In this document: piece by piece, positions 1 to 10,900 of the stretch
How the letters are laid out: each line of letters starts with the position of its first letter
How positions within the stretch are numbered: the stretch's first letter is position 1
Virus record (IMG/VR): IMGVR_UViG_3300017917_002954
Location: 1-64,000 of that record
Length of the DNA: 64,000 nucleotides
From: a virus
Strand: one strand, 5' to 3'
The notes under the pieces: generated by a model
What the model saw: the letters and a program-made list of their open reading frames with translations, nothing else
Databases searched by the model: none
What the model was told of the DNA's origin: nothing
Translations under genes and position numbers: made by a program

Positions 1-1611
1 ATTGGGTCATTGACTGGCTTGCCTGCTGGAGTTAACCCTAGCATTGTTCCAGGATTTGGCGGAGGCGGTATACCACTGAGTTCAATCTTGACAGGTCCAG
101 GATTTGGTGCACCTGTTGGCTACGGAACTCCAGGCATTACACCATCCAGTGGATTCAATGTTGGCGGCGCTTTAAATTCAGCTCTGGCTTTTGTCACAGG
201 ATCAGGATCGGCACAGGCACAACCTGTTAGAAATATTAGACCATTGCCTGTTAGTTCAAGCTCATTTGACAATGTCCCAAACATTGACATCACAGGAGTT
301 GGTGTTAACCTTGCTGATACCATTGCTGAAGATCCTACTCGAGCAACTTCTACCGGCGGAAACTTTACAGAATTTTACAACTCTGAAACTGGACTTTACG
401 ATGTGTTCAACAACGACACAGGCGAAACGGTCCAAACTGGATTGAATCAACAGGCAGCTATTTTGGCCGCACAAGATCTCAGCATTGGCAACGCAGGCCA
501 GGATCTCAGTGAACGTGCTGTCAATGTCAACCCTGCTAATTTTCCTGCCTACGATGATGAAGGCAATTTATTGCCAGGCTATGCACTAGATGAAAATGAA
601 GAACCTTATTTTGCAGGTTTTGGCACAATACGAACCAATGCGTCAGATGTAAATCTTTCAAACTTTCCAGCCTATGACGACGATGGCAATTTATTGCCAG
701 GCTATGAATTAGACGAAGACAACAATCCAGTGTTTGTTGGTGCTGGTGCCAGCAATCTCAGCGGTCTGCTTAACAACGCAGCCGGCGCTACTAGAGGACT
801 GCTGGATCAAGCTCGTCAACAACAAACCATTAGAGATCAACGACAGAACAAGGCACAGGCCAGCGATTGGCGAGTGCGTTTGCGTCTTGCTCCAAGATCA
901 ACCTATCTATACAATGCACCCGATGTTGGTCCTGTGTTGCAACCTTTGAGAAACACCGACGGAGTTATATTTCCATATACCCCAACCATTGACACAGCCT
1001 ACAAAGCTGAGTATGATGCATACAATCTAACACACTCAAACTACAGAGGATATTTTTACAAAGGCAGTTATGTTGATGCAATCAACATCAAGGCCATGTT
1101 TACTGCACAAGACACAGCAGAGGCCAATTATTTGTTGGCAGTGATACACTTTTTCCGCAGTGCTACAAAAATGTTCTATGGCCAAGATGCACAACGAGGA
1201 TCTCCGCCACCCTTGGTTTATCTCAGTGGACTTGGTGAGTTTCAGTTCAATGAACATCCATGCGTGATCAGTCAATTCAACTATAACCTACCCGGAGATG
1301 TCGATTACATTCGAGCGCACAGTGCTAGTATCAACGGCACCAATCTGCAAGTAAACAGAAACAGACAAACCATTGCCGGCAATCCCTTGAGCTATTCTAT
1401 CAACAGACTGGCCAGTGTGTTTCTAACCAAAGGAGCACTGGACGCAAGATTGTCATCGGGATCTTTGGCTATTGAAGAGCCAACCTATGTTCCAACAAAA
1501 ATGGACATCAGTCTCACACTGTTCCCAATACAGAGTCGCAGTCAAGTCAGCAAGGAATTCAGTGTCAAGAACTTTGCCAATGGCAACTTACTCAAAGGAG
1601 GATTCTGGTAA
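1..1611 (+). CDS. Baseplate/tail-tube-initiator-like structural protein, probably 5'-truncated by the window edge
   Basis: The frame is open from base 1. The C-terminal domain (DWRVRL...GVIFPYTPTI...THSNY...PPLVYLSG.G...PCVI..F...LP.DVDY) resembles tail-tube cap/initiator proteins of large myoviruses. It is coupled by a TAATG overlap to the gp53-like gene. The N-terminal half is low-complexity. Confidence 0.55.
   Translation: MGSLTGLPAGVNPSIVPGFGGGGIPLSSILTGPGFGAPVGYGTPGITPSSGFNVGGALNSALAFVTGSGSAQAQPVRNIRPLPVSSSSFDNVPNIDITGVGVNLADTIAEDPTRATSTGGNFTEFYNSETGLYDVFNNDTGETVQTGLNQQAAILAAQDLSIGNAGQDLSERAVNVNPANFPAYDDEGNLLPGYALDENEEPYFAGFGTIRTNASDVNLSNFPAYDDDGNLLPGYELDEDNNPVFVGAGASNLSGLLNNAAGATRGLLDQARQQQTIRDQRQNKAQASDWRVRLRLAPRSTYLYNAPDVGPVLQPLRNTDGVIFPYTPTIDTAYKAEYDAYNLTHSNYRGYFYKGSYVDAINIKAMFTAQDTAEANYLLAVIHFFRSATKMFYGQDAQRGSPPPLVYLSGLGEFQFNEHPCVISQFNYNLPGDVDYIRAHSASINGTNLQVNRNRQTIAGNPLSYSINRLASVFLTKGALDARLSSGSLAIEEPTYVPTKMDISLTLFPIQSRSQVSKEFSVKNFANGNLLKGGFW
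520..742 (+). repeat. Two intragenic copies of a ~34-aa motif (NFPAYDDxGNLLPGYxLDExxxPxFxG)
   Basis: NVNPANFPAYDDEGNLLPGYALDENEEPYFAG and DVNLSNFPAYDDDGNLLPGYELDEDNNPVFVG. The DNA ggcaatttattgccaggctatg is repeated exactly. Confidence 0.9.
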
Positions 1612-1910
1612 TGAGCAATTACGATACAACCAGTCCGTATTTTACCACTGGATATACTCAGTTCTATCTAGACGTCATGGTCAACAGACCCATACCCAAG
1701 TTGGCCGACGACATAACATTTACAATCAATCAAACATATCAGTATAGACCTGATCTATTGGCCTTTGACTTGTATGACACAGCAACGTTGTGGTGGGTGT
1801 TCTATCAACGCAACCCCAACACATTGGCCAAGCCCCCGTTGGACTTTGCTGAAGGAGTCACAATCTATCTACCAAAAATAACAACTCTACGTTCAGTGTT
1901 GGGATTCTAA
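1611..1910 (+). CDS. Baseplate wedge protein, gp53/LysM-like
   Basis: 99 aa with YQYRPDLLAFDLY...LWWVF..RN, typical of T4 gp53-like proteins; baseplate context. Confidence 0.75.
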   Translation: MSNYDTTSPYFTTGYTQFYLDVMVNRPIPKLADDITFTINQTYQYRPDLLAFDLYDTATLWWVFYQRNPNTLAKPPLDFAEGVTIYLPKITTLRSVLGF

Positions 1911-1911
1911 C

Positions 1912-4900
1912 ATGGCTCAAAGTCTTACCTATCTATACACTGAACGCAGTCGCCTGTTCCAAGACATTTTTAATATACGACAACAGTTGGCCTATGCTGA
2001 ACAAAATGGCAATCCAGCAGTTGTTTCAGGATTACAAGCTCGATTGCAGGCAGCACAAGAATTACTAGCAGAGGTCAATCGACAAATTCAAATAGAGGAA
2101 AACACACAGCAATTGCCAACAGCCAGTGCTGGTAATCTTGTTGACGACGATGCTCGCGGCAGTGTAGAAAATTCAAGAACACAAAATCCTCAAACAGAAC
2201 CGCAAATTTTACGCAACGGAAGAATTCAACCTGAGCCAGAAACATCCAGCAGTTCAAATGCAACACCCCCGGTGTTGTTGAATTCAGTGGACAGTGGAAC
2301 AGATGACCCACTGAGACCAATCACTGAAACACAGAGTGTGGCACCTGGTGACAACGAACAGGGCGGCCCTTTGTTGTTGAATCCAGAAATTGACGGAAGA
2401 GAAAGCGATTCTGATGTCAACTTTGATGGTGCGCTTAGAATTGACATCAACGGAGTTGGTGCACTGCCGGGTGCAGGTGCTGGCAACGATGACATTGGCA
2501 GTAAAAATCCAACCAAAGTTGAAATTGACAATGTGTTCAACGAAGAAAAAATTATTCCTCAGCCCAATGTGTTGGATCAGTATGCCAGCTATACCTACAG
2601 TGCCAGTTTGTACTTGATGAGTCGAGACGACTATCAAGCAATGATCAAGACCAAGACAAAAACTCTGCGAGGAGCACAACTGTTGATGCAGAGTGGCGGA
2701 GCACCGGTGGGTGATCGCAATCAATTTTTCAGCAACGATTATTACATTGAACGCATTGAATTAAAATCGGCCATCACAGGCAAAGGCACCAATGCTGCAC
2801 ACAATGTCAACAATGTAAAAATGACAGTGGTAGAGCCCAATGGCATCACGTTGATTGGCAATCTTGATCGCGCAGTACAGGCTTACTTGGGATCAGCTGA
2901 AGGGAAAAAGAAAAACTTTGCGGCACAGATGTATCTTCTGGTCATACGATTCTATGGCTATGATGATCAAGGAAATCTAGTGCGTGCTGGTGTGGCATCA
3001 CCGGATGGCATCAGCGATCGCAATGCGTTTGTGGAAAAATGGTATCCATTGGCCATAAACAAAATTGATTTTAAAATTGCCAACAAGTTAGTTGAGTATG
3101 AAATTGAAGCTACAAGTCCTAGCTATCAAGTAGCGGCCGGTGCCAATCGTGGATCTATACCTTACAACATTGAACTCAGTGGAGTCACAGTCAAAGATGT
3201 ATTGAGTGGTCCAGCACAATACACTTCTACAACCACCACAGGTGGCATCACAGTGGATGATGATGGTAATGCATTGTTGCCAGACGATCAAGGTCTAGGC
3301 GGCACCACAACAACAACCAATAGTGCGCCAGCCAAAGCTTCGGCTGCACCATCAAACAAAACTACCATTCGTCAAGGTCTGTTTGCTGCCATGAATGAGT
3401 ATCAACAACAGTTGGTGCGTGACGGAATCTACACATATCCTGATACCTACAGCATTGAATTTGTCAATGCCAGTCTTGAACAGGCCCTGGTCAAAAACAA
3501 AGGAAGCACAGACAAGAGCAAGGTTTCTAATTCAACCAGTCAAAACGCAGGCGATCAAAAACTTGGTGCCAAACAAAGTGCCGACAACAACAGCAAGATT
3601 ACCACAATCACAGCAGGTAGTCAAATAGTACAAGTCATCGATCAAGTGATTAGAAATTCCAGTTATCTTGAGGATCAACAGATTGTGATTTTTGATCCTA
3701 ACACACAAAAAGAAAAACCCAACGGCGCTGCTGCCAACAACCTGGCCTATTTCAAAATTGGTCTTCAAGCAGTGCCCACTCAGTATGATCCCAAGCGCAA
3801 TGACTATGCCTATGACATCAAGTACACTGTCAACATTTATAGAATCAACGAATCGGCCAGCAACTACTTTTACGTACCCACATTCAAGGGTGTACACAAA
3901 CAGTACAACTATTGGTTCACTGGTGAAAACAATGCAGTGTTGAACTATGAACAGTCTATGAACACACTTTATACCAGTGTGCTCAGTGGGGGTTCCAGCA
4001 ATCCTGCTACCATAATCAATGATGCAATCAAGTTTAACTTTGCTCCAAGCTCAGGAGAGAGTCGTCAGGGTGCTGATGGCAAGGTCAACGAACCTAAAGC
4101 CAACCTAGCAGACTATTTGTTCAATCCCGGTGATCTAGCCAACTGCACACTGCAAATTGTGGGAGATCCTGCTTGGTTGCAACAGGGCGAAGCTTTTGCT
4201 GGCCTGAGAAAAAATGATCCTTTTTATTTTAGAAGCTTTTTGGCCGACGGCACAATCAACTTTGACAGTCAACAAATATGTTTTGAAATATTGATCAATT
4301 CACCGCGCGATTACGACATGAGCACTGGATTGATTGATCCCAATGAGCAAACCACTTACTTTTTAAACGGACGACAACCGGGCGCAGCAAGACAGAGCTA
4401 TGTGTATCGAGCCAACGAGTGTGTGAGTGAATTCAATCGCGGAAAATTTACACAAACTCTCAAAGGAACATTGAACACTTACTACCCAGATCAAACATTC
4501 AAGGCCAATCAGCAGATTGCACAAGGCATACAAATCGACACAATCAATTCTTTGATACAAGGTCGTACAAACTTGGCTGGCCTAGCAGGATCATTGGCCG
4601 GAGCATTGAACTTGCCACCATTCTTTAACAGCATAACCGGCTTAACTGGACTAACTAACAGATCAGTGACTGCAGGAGTAAATTCTGTTGGCAATGCTAC
4701 CAATAACATACTAGGAAGTTCACCCACAAGGCCAGCATTGGAAAATACACCACCCACATCGTCAGGGTTGACAGTGGGATCTCCGGGCGGTTTGGTGGTA
4801 CCAGAATCTCAAATTAATCAAGCTGTGGATATTGGACCAGCACCTCCACAACAAATGGTTGCTGGTGATGACGCAGGTCTTGAAACCAACGGACCAGAGC

Positions 4901-4920
4901 TTTTAAATAGAGAAGCATAG
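1912..4920 (+). CDS. Putative baseplate hub protein (gp27-like position)
   Basis: 1002 aa between the gp53-like and gp5-like genes. NVLDQYASYTY, IVGDPAWL and GKFTQTL segments are typical of large-phage hub proteins. Termini look disordered. Confidence 0.5.
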   Translation: MAQSLTYLYTERSRLFQDIFNIRQQLAYAEQNGNPAVVSGLQARLQAAQELLAEVNRQIQIEENTQQLPTASAGNLVDDDARGSVENSRTQNPQTEPQILRNGRIQPEPETSSSSNATPPVLLNSVDSGTDDPLRPITETQSVAPGDNEQGGPLLLNPEIDGRESDSDVNFDGALRIDINGVGALPGAGAGNDDIGSKNPTKVEIDNVFNEEKIIPQPNVLDQYASYTYSASLYLMSRDDYQAMIKTKTKTLRGAQLLMQSGGAPVGDRNQFFSNDYYIERIELKSAITGKGTNAAHNVNNVKMTVVEPNGITLIGNLDRAVQAYLGSAEGKKKNFAAQMYLLVIRFYGYDDQGNLVRAGVASPDGISDRNAFVEKWYPLAINKIDFKIANKLVEYEIEATSPSYQVAAGANRGSIPYNIELSGVTVKDVLSGPAQYTSTTTTGGITVDDDGNALLPDDQGLGGTTTTTNSAPAKASAAPSNKTTIRQGLFAAMNEYQQQLVRDGIYTYPDTYSIEFVNASLEQALVKNKGSTDKSKVSNSTSQNAGDQKLGAKQSADNNSKITTITAGSQIVQVIDQVIRNSSYLEDQQIVIFDPNTQKEKPNGAAANNLAYFKIGLQAVPTQYDPKRNDYAYDIKYTVNIYRINESASNYFYVPTFKGVHKQYNYWFTGENNAVLNYEQSMNTLYTSVLSGGSSNPATIINDAIKFNFAPSSGESRQGADGKVNEPKANLADYLFNPGDLANCTLQIVGDPAWLQQGEAFAGLRKNDPFYFRSFLADGTINFDSQQICFEILINSPRDYDMSTGLIDPNEQTTYFLNGRQPGAARQSYVYRANECVSEFNRGKFTQTLKGTLNTYYPDQTFKANQQIAQGIQIDTINSLIQGRTNLAGLAGSLAGALNLPPFFNSITGLTGLTNRSVTAGVNSVGNATNNILGSSPTRPALENTPPTSSGLTVGSPGGLVVPESQINQAVDIGPAPPQQMVAGDDAGLETNGPELLNREA
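4904..4909 (+). promoter_or_regulatory. Putative late promoter motif TAAATA
   Basis: TAAATA 26 nt upstream of the ATG at 4936; the same hexamer precedes several structural genes. Confidence 0.4.
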
Positions 4921-4935
4921 GATTTAGGATAAGAA

Positions 4936-6741
4936 ATGGCAGAAAATACACAACGCAGTAGAGGTCGTCCGCAGAATTATAAATTTGATCGCGGCGGCGT
5001 TGCTGCAGAAATGGGTCCATATGTTGGCATTGTGGTCAACAATGTTGATGCCATACGATCTGGCCGCTTGCAAGTTTATATTGAAGAATTTGGAGCAACC
5101 AACTCCGACGGCAGTCCCAAACTAAATGATCCAACACTGTGGAGAACAGTGAGTTATTGTCCGCCGTTTTATGGTTCGACTCCCATTGATGTAGGCAGTA
5201 CCAGTGCTGGCGTTGGAACATATCCGGGCAACAGAAACAGCTACGGCATGTGGTTTACTCCTCCGGATCTTGGAGTGCGTGTTGTTTGTTTTTTCATCAA
5301 CGGCGACCCTAGTCAAGGAATTTATTTAGGCTGTGTGCCCGACTCCGGCACCAATCACATGGTTCCGGCCATTGGTGCCACCAACAAGTATGTGCTTGGC
5401 AATGCCAAACAAAAAGAAGTTTTTGCAAACAGTCCAGCCTTGCCTGTGACAGAAATCAACGTACTAAACAATGCCATCAACGAAAATCCAAGATTTTTTG
5501 ATCAGCCCAAGCCTGTTCAAAGTGTTGTGGCTGGTATTTTGTTTCAGCAAGGCCTCAACAAAGATCCTATACGTGGTCCTATTAGATCCAGCAGTCAACG
5601 TGAAAGTCCTAGTTCAGTCTACGGTATATCAACACCGGGTACTGCAATCTATCAAGGCGGCGCAGATCCAAAAACAATTAGAACTCGCCTGGAGAAAGGT
5701 GAAATCAAACCTCAAGACATAGCTGTGATTGGCCGCAAAGGCGGACACACATTCGTTATGGACGACGGCGACCTTGATGGCAAAGATACCTTGGTTAGAA
5801 TTCGCACAGCCAAAGGCCATCAGATTACCATGAGTGACGATGGCGACTGTTTCTTTATCACACACGCCAACGGACAGACTTGGATGGAGTTTGGCAAGCA
5901 AGGCACAGTGGATGTGTACAGCACAAACTCAATTAATCTACGCACACAAGGCACACTTAATTTGCATGCCGACAAAAATATCAACATGTATGCTGGCGGA
6001 TCAATCAAAATGAAATCCAAAGACAAGGTGTTTATTGAATCAACCAAAACAATGGTATTAAATTCCTTGGACAAACTGGTGGTGTCTGCCAAAAAGTATC
6101 TGGGCCTACGCAGCGACGGTCCTGTGGCAGTCAAGAGCAAGATTGGCAGTTGGGACGCATCATCGGCGCTGAATCTCAAAGGCAAAGTCATTAACTTAAA
6201 TGGCGGATCAACAGCAGCGGTTCCTGAAGTCCCAGAGCTTCCAACATTCAAGTTAGCTGGCACTGAATTCAATCCCAACACTGGATGGGAAGTCAAACCA
6301 GGCTTAATAGAAACCATTGTGACACGAGCACCCACACATGAACCTTATCCTTATCATGGCAAAGGAGTCAACAACAGCACAAACTTGAACTCTACCAGCA
6401 GTGCATCAGATCCAACAGAAGCAACAACTGATGCCATAGCCAACGGCACTGTTGAAACTTCTGCTTTGTTAGCACCAGCCACAGTGGCAAAAACAACCTT
6501 GCAAGACAAGGCTGATGCTGCGTTTGTATCAGTTTCTCGTTTGCCAGTGACCAAGCCTATAAGTATTCAAAATTATGTAAGTGAATTCCCGTCGGGATCA
6601 GCCATTGGTCAAGAAGCACAAGAAATTTACAATCTTGGTCAACGATTGTCGACACCGCTGGCAACACCAACACAGGTTTCTACCTTACAACAGCAAATTG
6701 CCAACGTTGCCAATGCCGAAACACAGATTAGAAGGACATAA
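4936..6741 (+). CDS. Baseplate central spike, gp5/VgrG-like (OB-fold plus beta-helix)
   Basis: N-terminal G.V..N.D..RSGRLQVYI...YGMWF.PPD.G..V.C.F..GD OB-fold pattern, followed by GH...MDD / GHQI.M.D and 8-residue beta-helix repeats. No lysozyme domain recognised. Confidence 0.75.
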   Translation: MAENTQRSRGRPQNYKFDRGGVAAEMGPYVGIVVNNVDAIRSGRLQVYIEEFGATNSDGSPKLNDPTLWRTVSYCPPFYGSTPIDVGSTSAGVGTYPGNRNSYGMWFTPPDLGVRVVCFFINGDPSQGIYLGCVPDSGTNHMVPAIGATNKYVLGNAKQKEVFANSPALPVTEINVLNNAINENPRFFDQPKPVQSVVAGILFQQGLNKDPIRGPIRSSSQRESPSSVYGISTPGTAIYQGGADPKTIRTRLEKGEIKPQDIAVIGRKGGHTFVMDDGDLDGKDTLVRIRTAKGHQITMSDDGDCFFITHANGQTWMEFGKQGTVDVYSTNSINLRTQGTLNLHADKNINMYAGGSIKMKSKDKVFIESTKTMVLNSLDKLVVSAKKYLGLRSDGPVAVKSKIGSWDASSALNLKGKVINLNGGSTAAVPEVPELPTFKLAGTEFNPNTGWEVKPGLIETIVTRAPTHEPYPYHGKGVNNSTNLNSTSSASDPTEATTDAIANGTVETSALLAPATVAKTTLQDKADAAFVSVSRLPVTKPISIQNYVSEFPSGSAIGQEAQEIYNLGQRLSTPLATPTQVSTLQQQIANVANAETQIRRT

Positions 6742-6747
6742 GCAAAC

Positions 6748-7533
6748 ATGATCACAGCAGAACAAGTCACCGCACTAACAGCTCAGGCAGCTGCCGATGC
6801 CGCTTACAGTCCCTACGATCTTGAAAACAATTTGTTGCCAGACTGGCAACTCAACGATGACAATGTACCGGTATACACTGGTCCAGAAATTGCCACAAGA
6901 GGGGTAGGACTCTACGGACAGACTCCGGCAGGACTAACGCTGACCGGATATCTCAAACCCGGAACACTGAGTTTGATAACCAGCCCAGAAATGACCTGGA
7001 CAGTGTTGAACACCCCAGCAGTATGGACAGGCCTGCAGGGCATCAACAGCTTGTTGGATTATCTAAACAATCCAATTTTGCAAAATCTTGCACAGATTGA
7101 AATCATGCAAGGAGCATTTCAAGGCTTGTTGGATGCTGGTATTTTGGTTGGAAATGAAAGTGCTCGATATCAAGCAACATTTTTACAACCTGCCACTAGA
7201 TACGGAGTTGACGCAGTGGTCAGCTGGGTGCTGGGAACAGCCAGTTCCGATCTCACTGACAAAGTAAAAATTGCTGCAAGACAAGGGCAGTATGCCATAG
7301 ATTTTGTTGAAGTATATGCGTCGTTGCTAAACGCAGGAGTTGACAGTCCTGGTTTTGTTAACACTGTGGATCGAGTTGAATTGGATCAAGCTCTAACAGA
7401 AATCATTGGCAACGAAAAGGTTCCAGCAGTGGAATACGCAGACATTGTGCCAGAATTACCAAACTTTGCTATTCCTATAGAATCCGACGAAGAAGGCATT
7501 TTCCGCTTTGCACCCGGCAAACCAAAGGCTTAA
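6748..7533 (+). CDS. Hypothetical baseplate-region protein
   Basis: 261-aa ORF between the gp5-like and gp25-like genes; carries one copy of the PYDxxxNLLP motif. Confidence 0.6.
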   Translation: MITAEQVTALTAQAAADAAYSPYDLENNLLPDWQLNDDNVPVYTGPEIATRGVGLYGQTPAGLTLTGYLKPGTLSLITSPEMTWTVLNTPAVWTGLQGINSLLDYLNNPILQNLAQIEIMQGAFQGLLDAGILVGNESARYQATFLQPATRYGVDAVVSWVLGTASSDLTDKVKIAARQGQYAIDFVEVYASLLNAGVDSPGFVNTVDRVELDQALTEIIGNEKVPAVEYADIVPELPNFAIPIESDEEGIFRFAPGKPKA

Positions 7534-7536
7534 ATA
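7531..7536 (+). promoter_or_regulatory. Putative late promoter motif TAAATA
   Basis: TAAATA 7 nt before the ATG at 7544; resembles the T4 gp55 late promoter TATAAATA. Confidence 0.6.
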
Positions 7537-7543
7537 CTAAACT

Positions 7544-7918
7544 ATGGCTACATTTATTGGCTTCAACACACAAGAGCAGTTTAAGAAATTCACCCTGGTT
7601 GATGACGCATTGATCAAGCGAGATTTTCTTAATGCATTGAACATACGACAAGGGCAGTTGCCAGGTCGTCCTGCCTATGGAACAGTGTTGTGGGACAATT
7701 TGTTTGAAAACCAAACCAGCGAAACTGAGTTGGCAATCACCAGAGAAATACAACGTGTAGCCGGCGGCGATCCTAGATTGCAAATCACTGAAATTGACAT
7801 CTTCCCTCAACAAAACGGCATGCTAATACAGTTGTTATTGACCATTGTTCCCAGCACAGATGCCGAACGTTTGAGCATTTTTTTCGATCAGCAAAACCGC
7901 AGAGCCAGTTATATCTGA
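7544..7918 (+). CDS. Baseplate wedge subunit, gp25-like
   Basis: LIKRDFLN..NIRQG...RP.YGT..W..LFE...DPR pattern, size (124 aa) and position before gp6. Confidence 0.8.
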   Translation: MATFIGFNTQEQFKKFTLVDDALIKRDFLNALNIRQGQLPGRPAYGTVLWDNLFENQTSETELAITREIQRVAGGDPRLQITEIDIFPQQNGMLIQLLLTIVPSTDAERLSIFFDQQNRRASYI

Positions 7919-7948
7919 CATCTTAAACTGAGCCGTTTTTCACTGCCA

Positions 7949-7954
7949 TAAATA
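7949..7954 (+). promoter_or_regulatory. Putative late promoter motif TAAATA
   Basis: ATAAATA 7 nt before the ATG at 7962. Confidence 0.6.
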
Positions 7955-7961
7955 CAAGACC

Positions 7962-10900
7962 ATGGCAAAGACTACTAGACAGACAGCAATATTTGGCGTT
8001 GAAGATTGGAAGCGAATCTATCAAACCTATCGTGAAGCAGACTTTCAAAGCTACGATTTTGAAACTTTACGCAAGAGTTTTGTAGACTACTTACGTCTTT
8101 ATTATCCAGAAACATTCAATGACTACATTGAATCATCAGAATTCATTGCCATGCTTGATGTCATGGCATTTATGGGCCAGTCATTGGCCTTCCGTACAGA
8201 TTTAAACACACGTGAAAATTATATTGACACAGCCGAACGTAGAGATTCAGTTGTGCGTCTTGCCAATCTAGTAAGTTATACTCCAAAGCGTAATATTTGT
8301 GCCAGTGGTTATCTAAAAGTTTTCAGTGTACAAACCACAGAAAACGTCACAGATTTCAACGGTATTGATCTTGCCAACGTCACAGTAAACTGGGCTGATC
8401 CCACAAACTTCAACTGGCAAGAGCAGTTTACAGCCATTATCAATGCTTCATTGGTCGACAGTCAACGTTTTGGTCGTCCAGCCAATAGAACAACAATTCT
8501 AGGGGTTGATACTTCCGAATATTCTATCAATTTGGTACCAGGCTTCTTGCCAATAATTCCTTACAATGCCACAGTTGATGGTGTCAACATGCCTTTTGAA
8601 GCTGTTAATGCCAGCGCAGTGGGCAAGAGTTTTGTTTACGAACCTAGTCCACAGCCCAACGGAATTTTCAATGTTTTGTATCGCAACGATCAGTTGGGAT
8701 TTAACAGTGCCAACACAGGATATTTCTTCTTGTTCAAGCAAGGCGTACTACAAAATCAAGATTTCAATTTAGCCGATCGTGTTTCAAACAGAACAGTGAA
8801 CATCAACATTGAAGGTGTCAACAACGAAGACCGTTGGTTATATCAGTTGGACAATGTTGGATCAATTGCCAGCGAATGGCAGTTTGTGGAATCAGTTTAT
8901 GCTGCCGCGGCAGAACAAACAGGACCAGATCTACGCAAACTATTTTCAGTGACTTCACGAACCAATGACCAGATCACACTGGCCTTTGGTGACGGTGTGT
9001 TCAGTGAAATTCCAGTGGGCCAGTTCCGTTGCTATGTTCGTGCATCAAACGGACTTGAATACATTATCAATCCTGAAGAAATGCAGAGCGTGATTCTACC
9101 AATCAGCTATGTGAGTCGCACAGGACAGTTAGAAACAATCACATTCACTTGTGGTATCACAACTCCTGTGTCAAATGCTACACCACGTGAAAGCATTGAC
9201 GAAATCAAGCAACGTGCTCCTGCTAGATATTACACACAGAACCGCATGGTCAACGGCGAAGATTACAACAACTTCCCGTTCACAGCCTACAACTCAATTT
9301 TGAAGTCAAAGGCCTTGAACCGCAGTTCAATTGGAACCAGTCGTTATCTTGACTTGGTTGACAACACAGGCAAGTACAGTTCAACCAACACCTTCAGCAG
9401 TGACGGTGCCTTGTACGAAGAATTTAACTTGCCAAGTTTCACTTACACATTCTTGACCAACAACGAAATATCAGACGTTATAACCAATCGTGTTCAACCT
9501 ATTTTGGCTGACACACAGGTTCAACAATTTTATTATGAAAAATTCCCACGTGCAAGTTTATCAGTTCTAAACGTCAGCTGGAACTTGAGCACTTCGTTGG
9601 CCAATACAACCACTGGTTATTTCAAGAACCAACTTGGCGCTCCTGTGCCCGTTGGTCCATTTACCAGCGACAACAAACGCTATATTCAAATTGGATCTTT
9701 GGTTAAATTTGTACCGCCAGCGGGCTATTACTTTGATGCCAACAACAGATTAAAAGTGGGCACACCAACACGTGCTGATGAAAAATTGGTTATCTGGGCC
9801 AGCCCATTAGCAGTTGTGGTTGATGGCACCAGCCAAGGCACAGGAAACTTGCCCGATGGCAGCGGTCCTGTGACTCTAAACAACTATGTGCCAACTGGAG
9901 CACTGGCATCGGAAGTTATTCCGGTGTTTGTCACAGATTTACCATCACAATTTGAACAGTCCATGGCTGAACAAATTAGATTGAATAGAAACTTTGGTAT
10001 TGGCTATGACAGCCTTGGTGGAGTCACTGGTACCCCTGGTACTTGGTATTTGATCACCACTACAAATTTAGATGTTGATGCGGAATGGAGTCAAGCCAAT
10101 GCAGGCAGCAATGCTGGTCTAGGCAACGACGCAAGTTGGTTGGTAGAATTTGTCACTGACGGCGACACCTACACAATCAGTTATCGAGCACTTGATTATT
10201 TCTTTGGATCGGTTCTACAAACAAGATTCTTTTACTACGGAGATCAAAAGATCTACGACAGCAGAACTGGTACAGTGATCAGTGACTTTGTAAAAGTTTT
10301 AAAAACAAACAGTCGTCCTGACAGTTCATTGCCACTGGCCGGCGATCTTGAATTAAAGATTGTGGGACAACCTGTGCAGAGTGATGGCTATGTTGACGAT
10401 TTCCAAGTGTTGGTCAGTTTCCAAGACAGTGATGCTGACGGAGTTCCTGACAATCCAGATTTCTTTTCTGACATTGTGGCCCCAGGAATCAATTCCAGCC
10501 AAAAATTAGTATTCCTACAGAAAACTGTGGACTTTGACAATCTAGAAAGATACTTGTTGGTTGAACCCGGCATTGTGAATTCTGAATATGCTACCCTGGA
10601 TGACATTGAATTGGTCAAGGCCGAGTATGTTGATGGACAAATATTCTACACATATTCAACTGGTTTGTTTTATACATTGGTCATTGATTTTGCCACAGGC
10701 GTTAGAAATCTAAATCCTAGAAATGATTTTATTGCCAGAACTGGTCGTCAAAGTTTGTATTTCCAATACAGACACAATTCACCATTGACTTCTAGAATTG
10801 ACCCAGGAACCACAAACATCATTGATTTGTATGTTGTGACCAACGAATACTATGTTGCATATCAAAACTACATTAGAGATGTCACAGGCACTGTGCCAGA

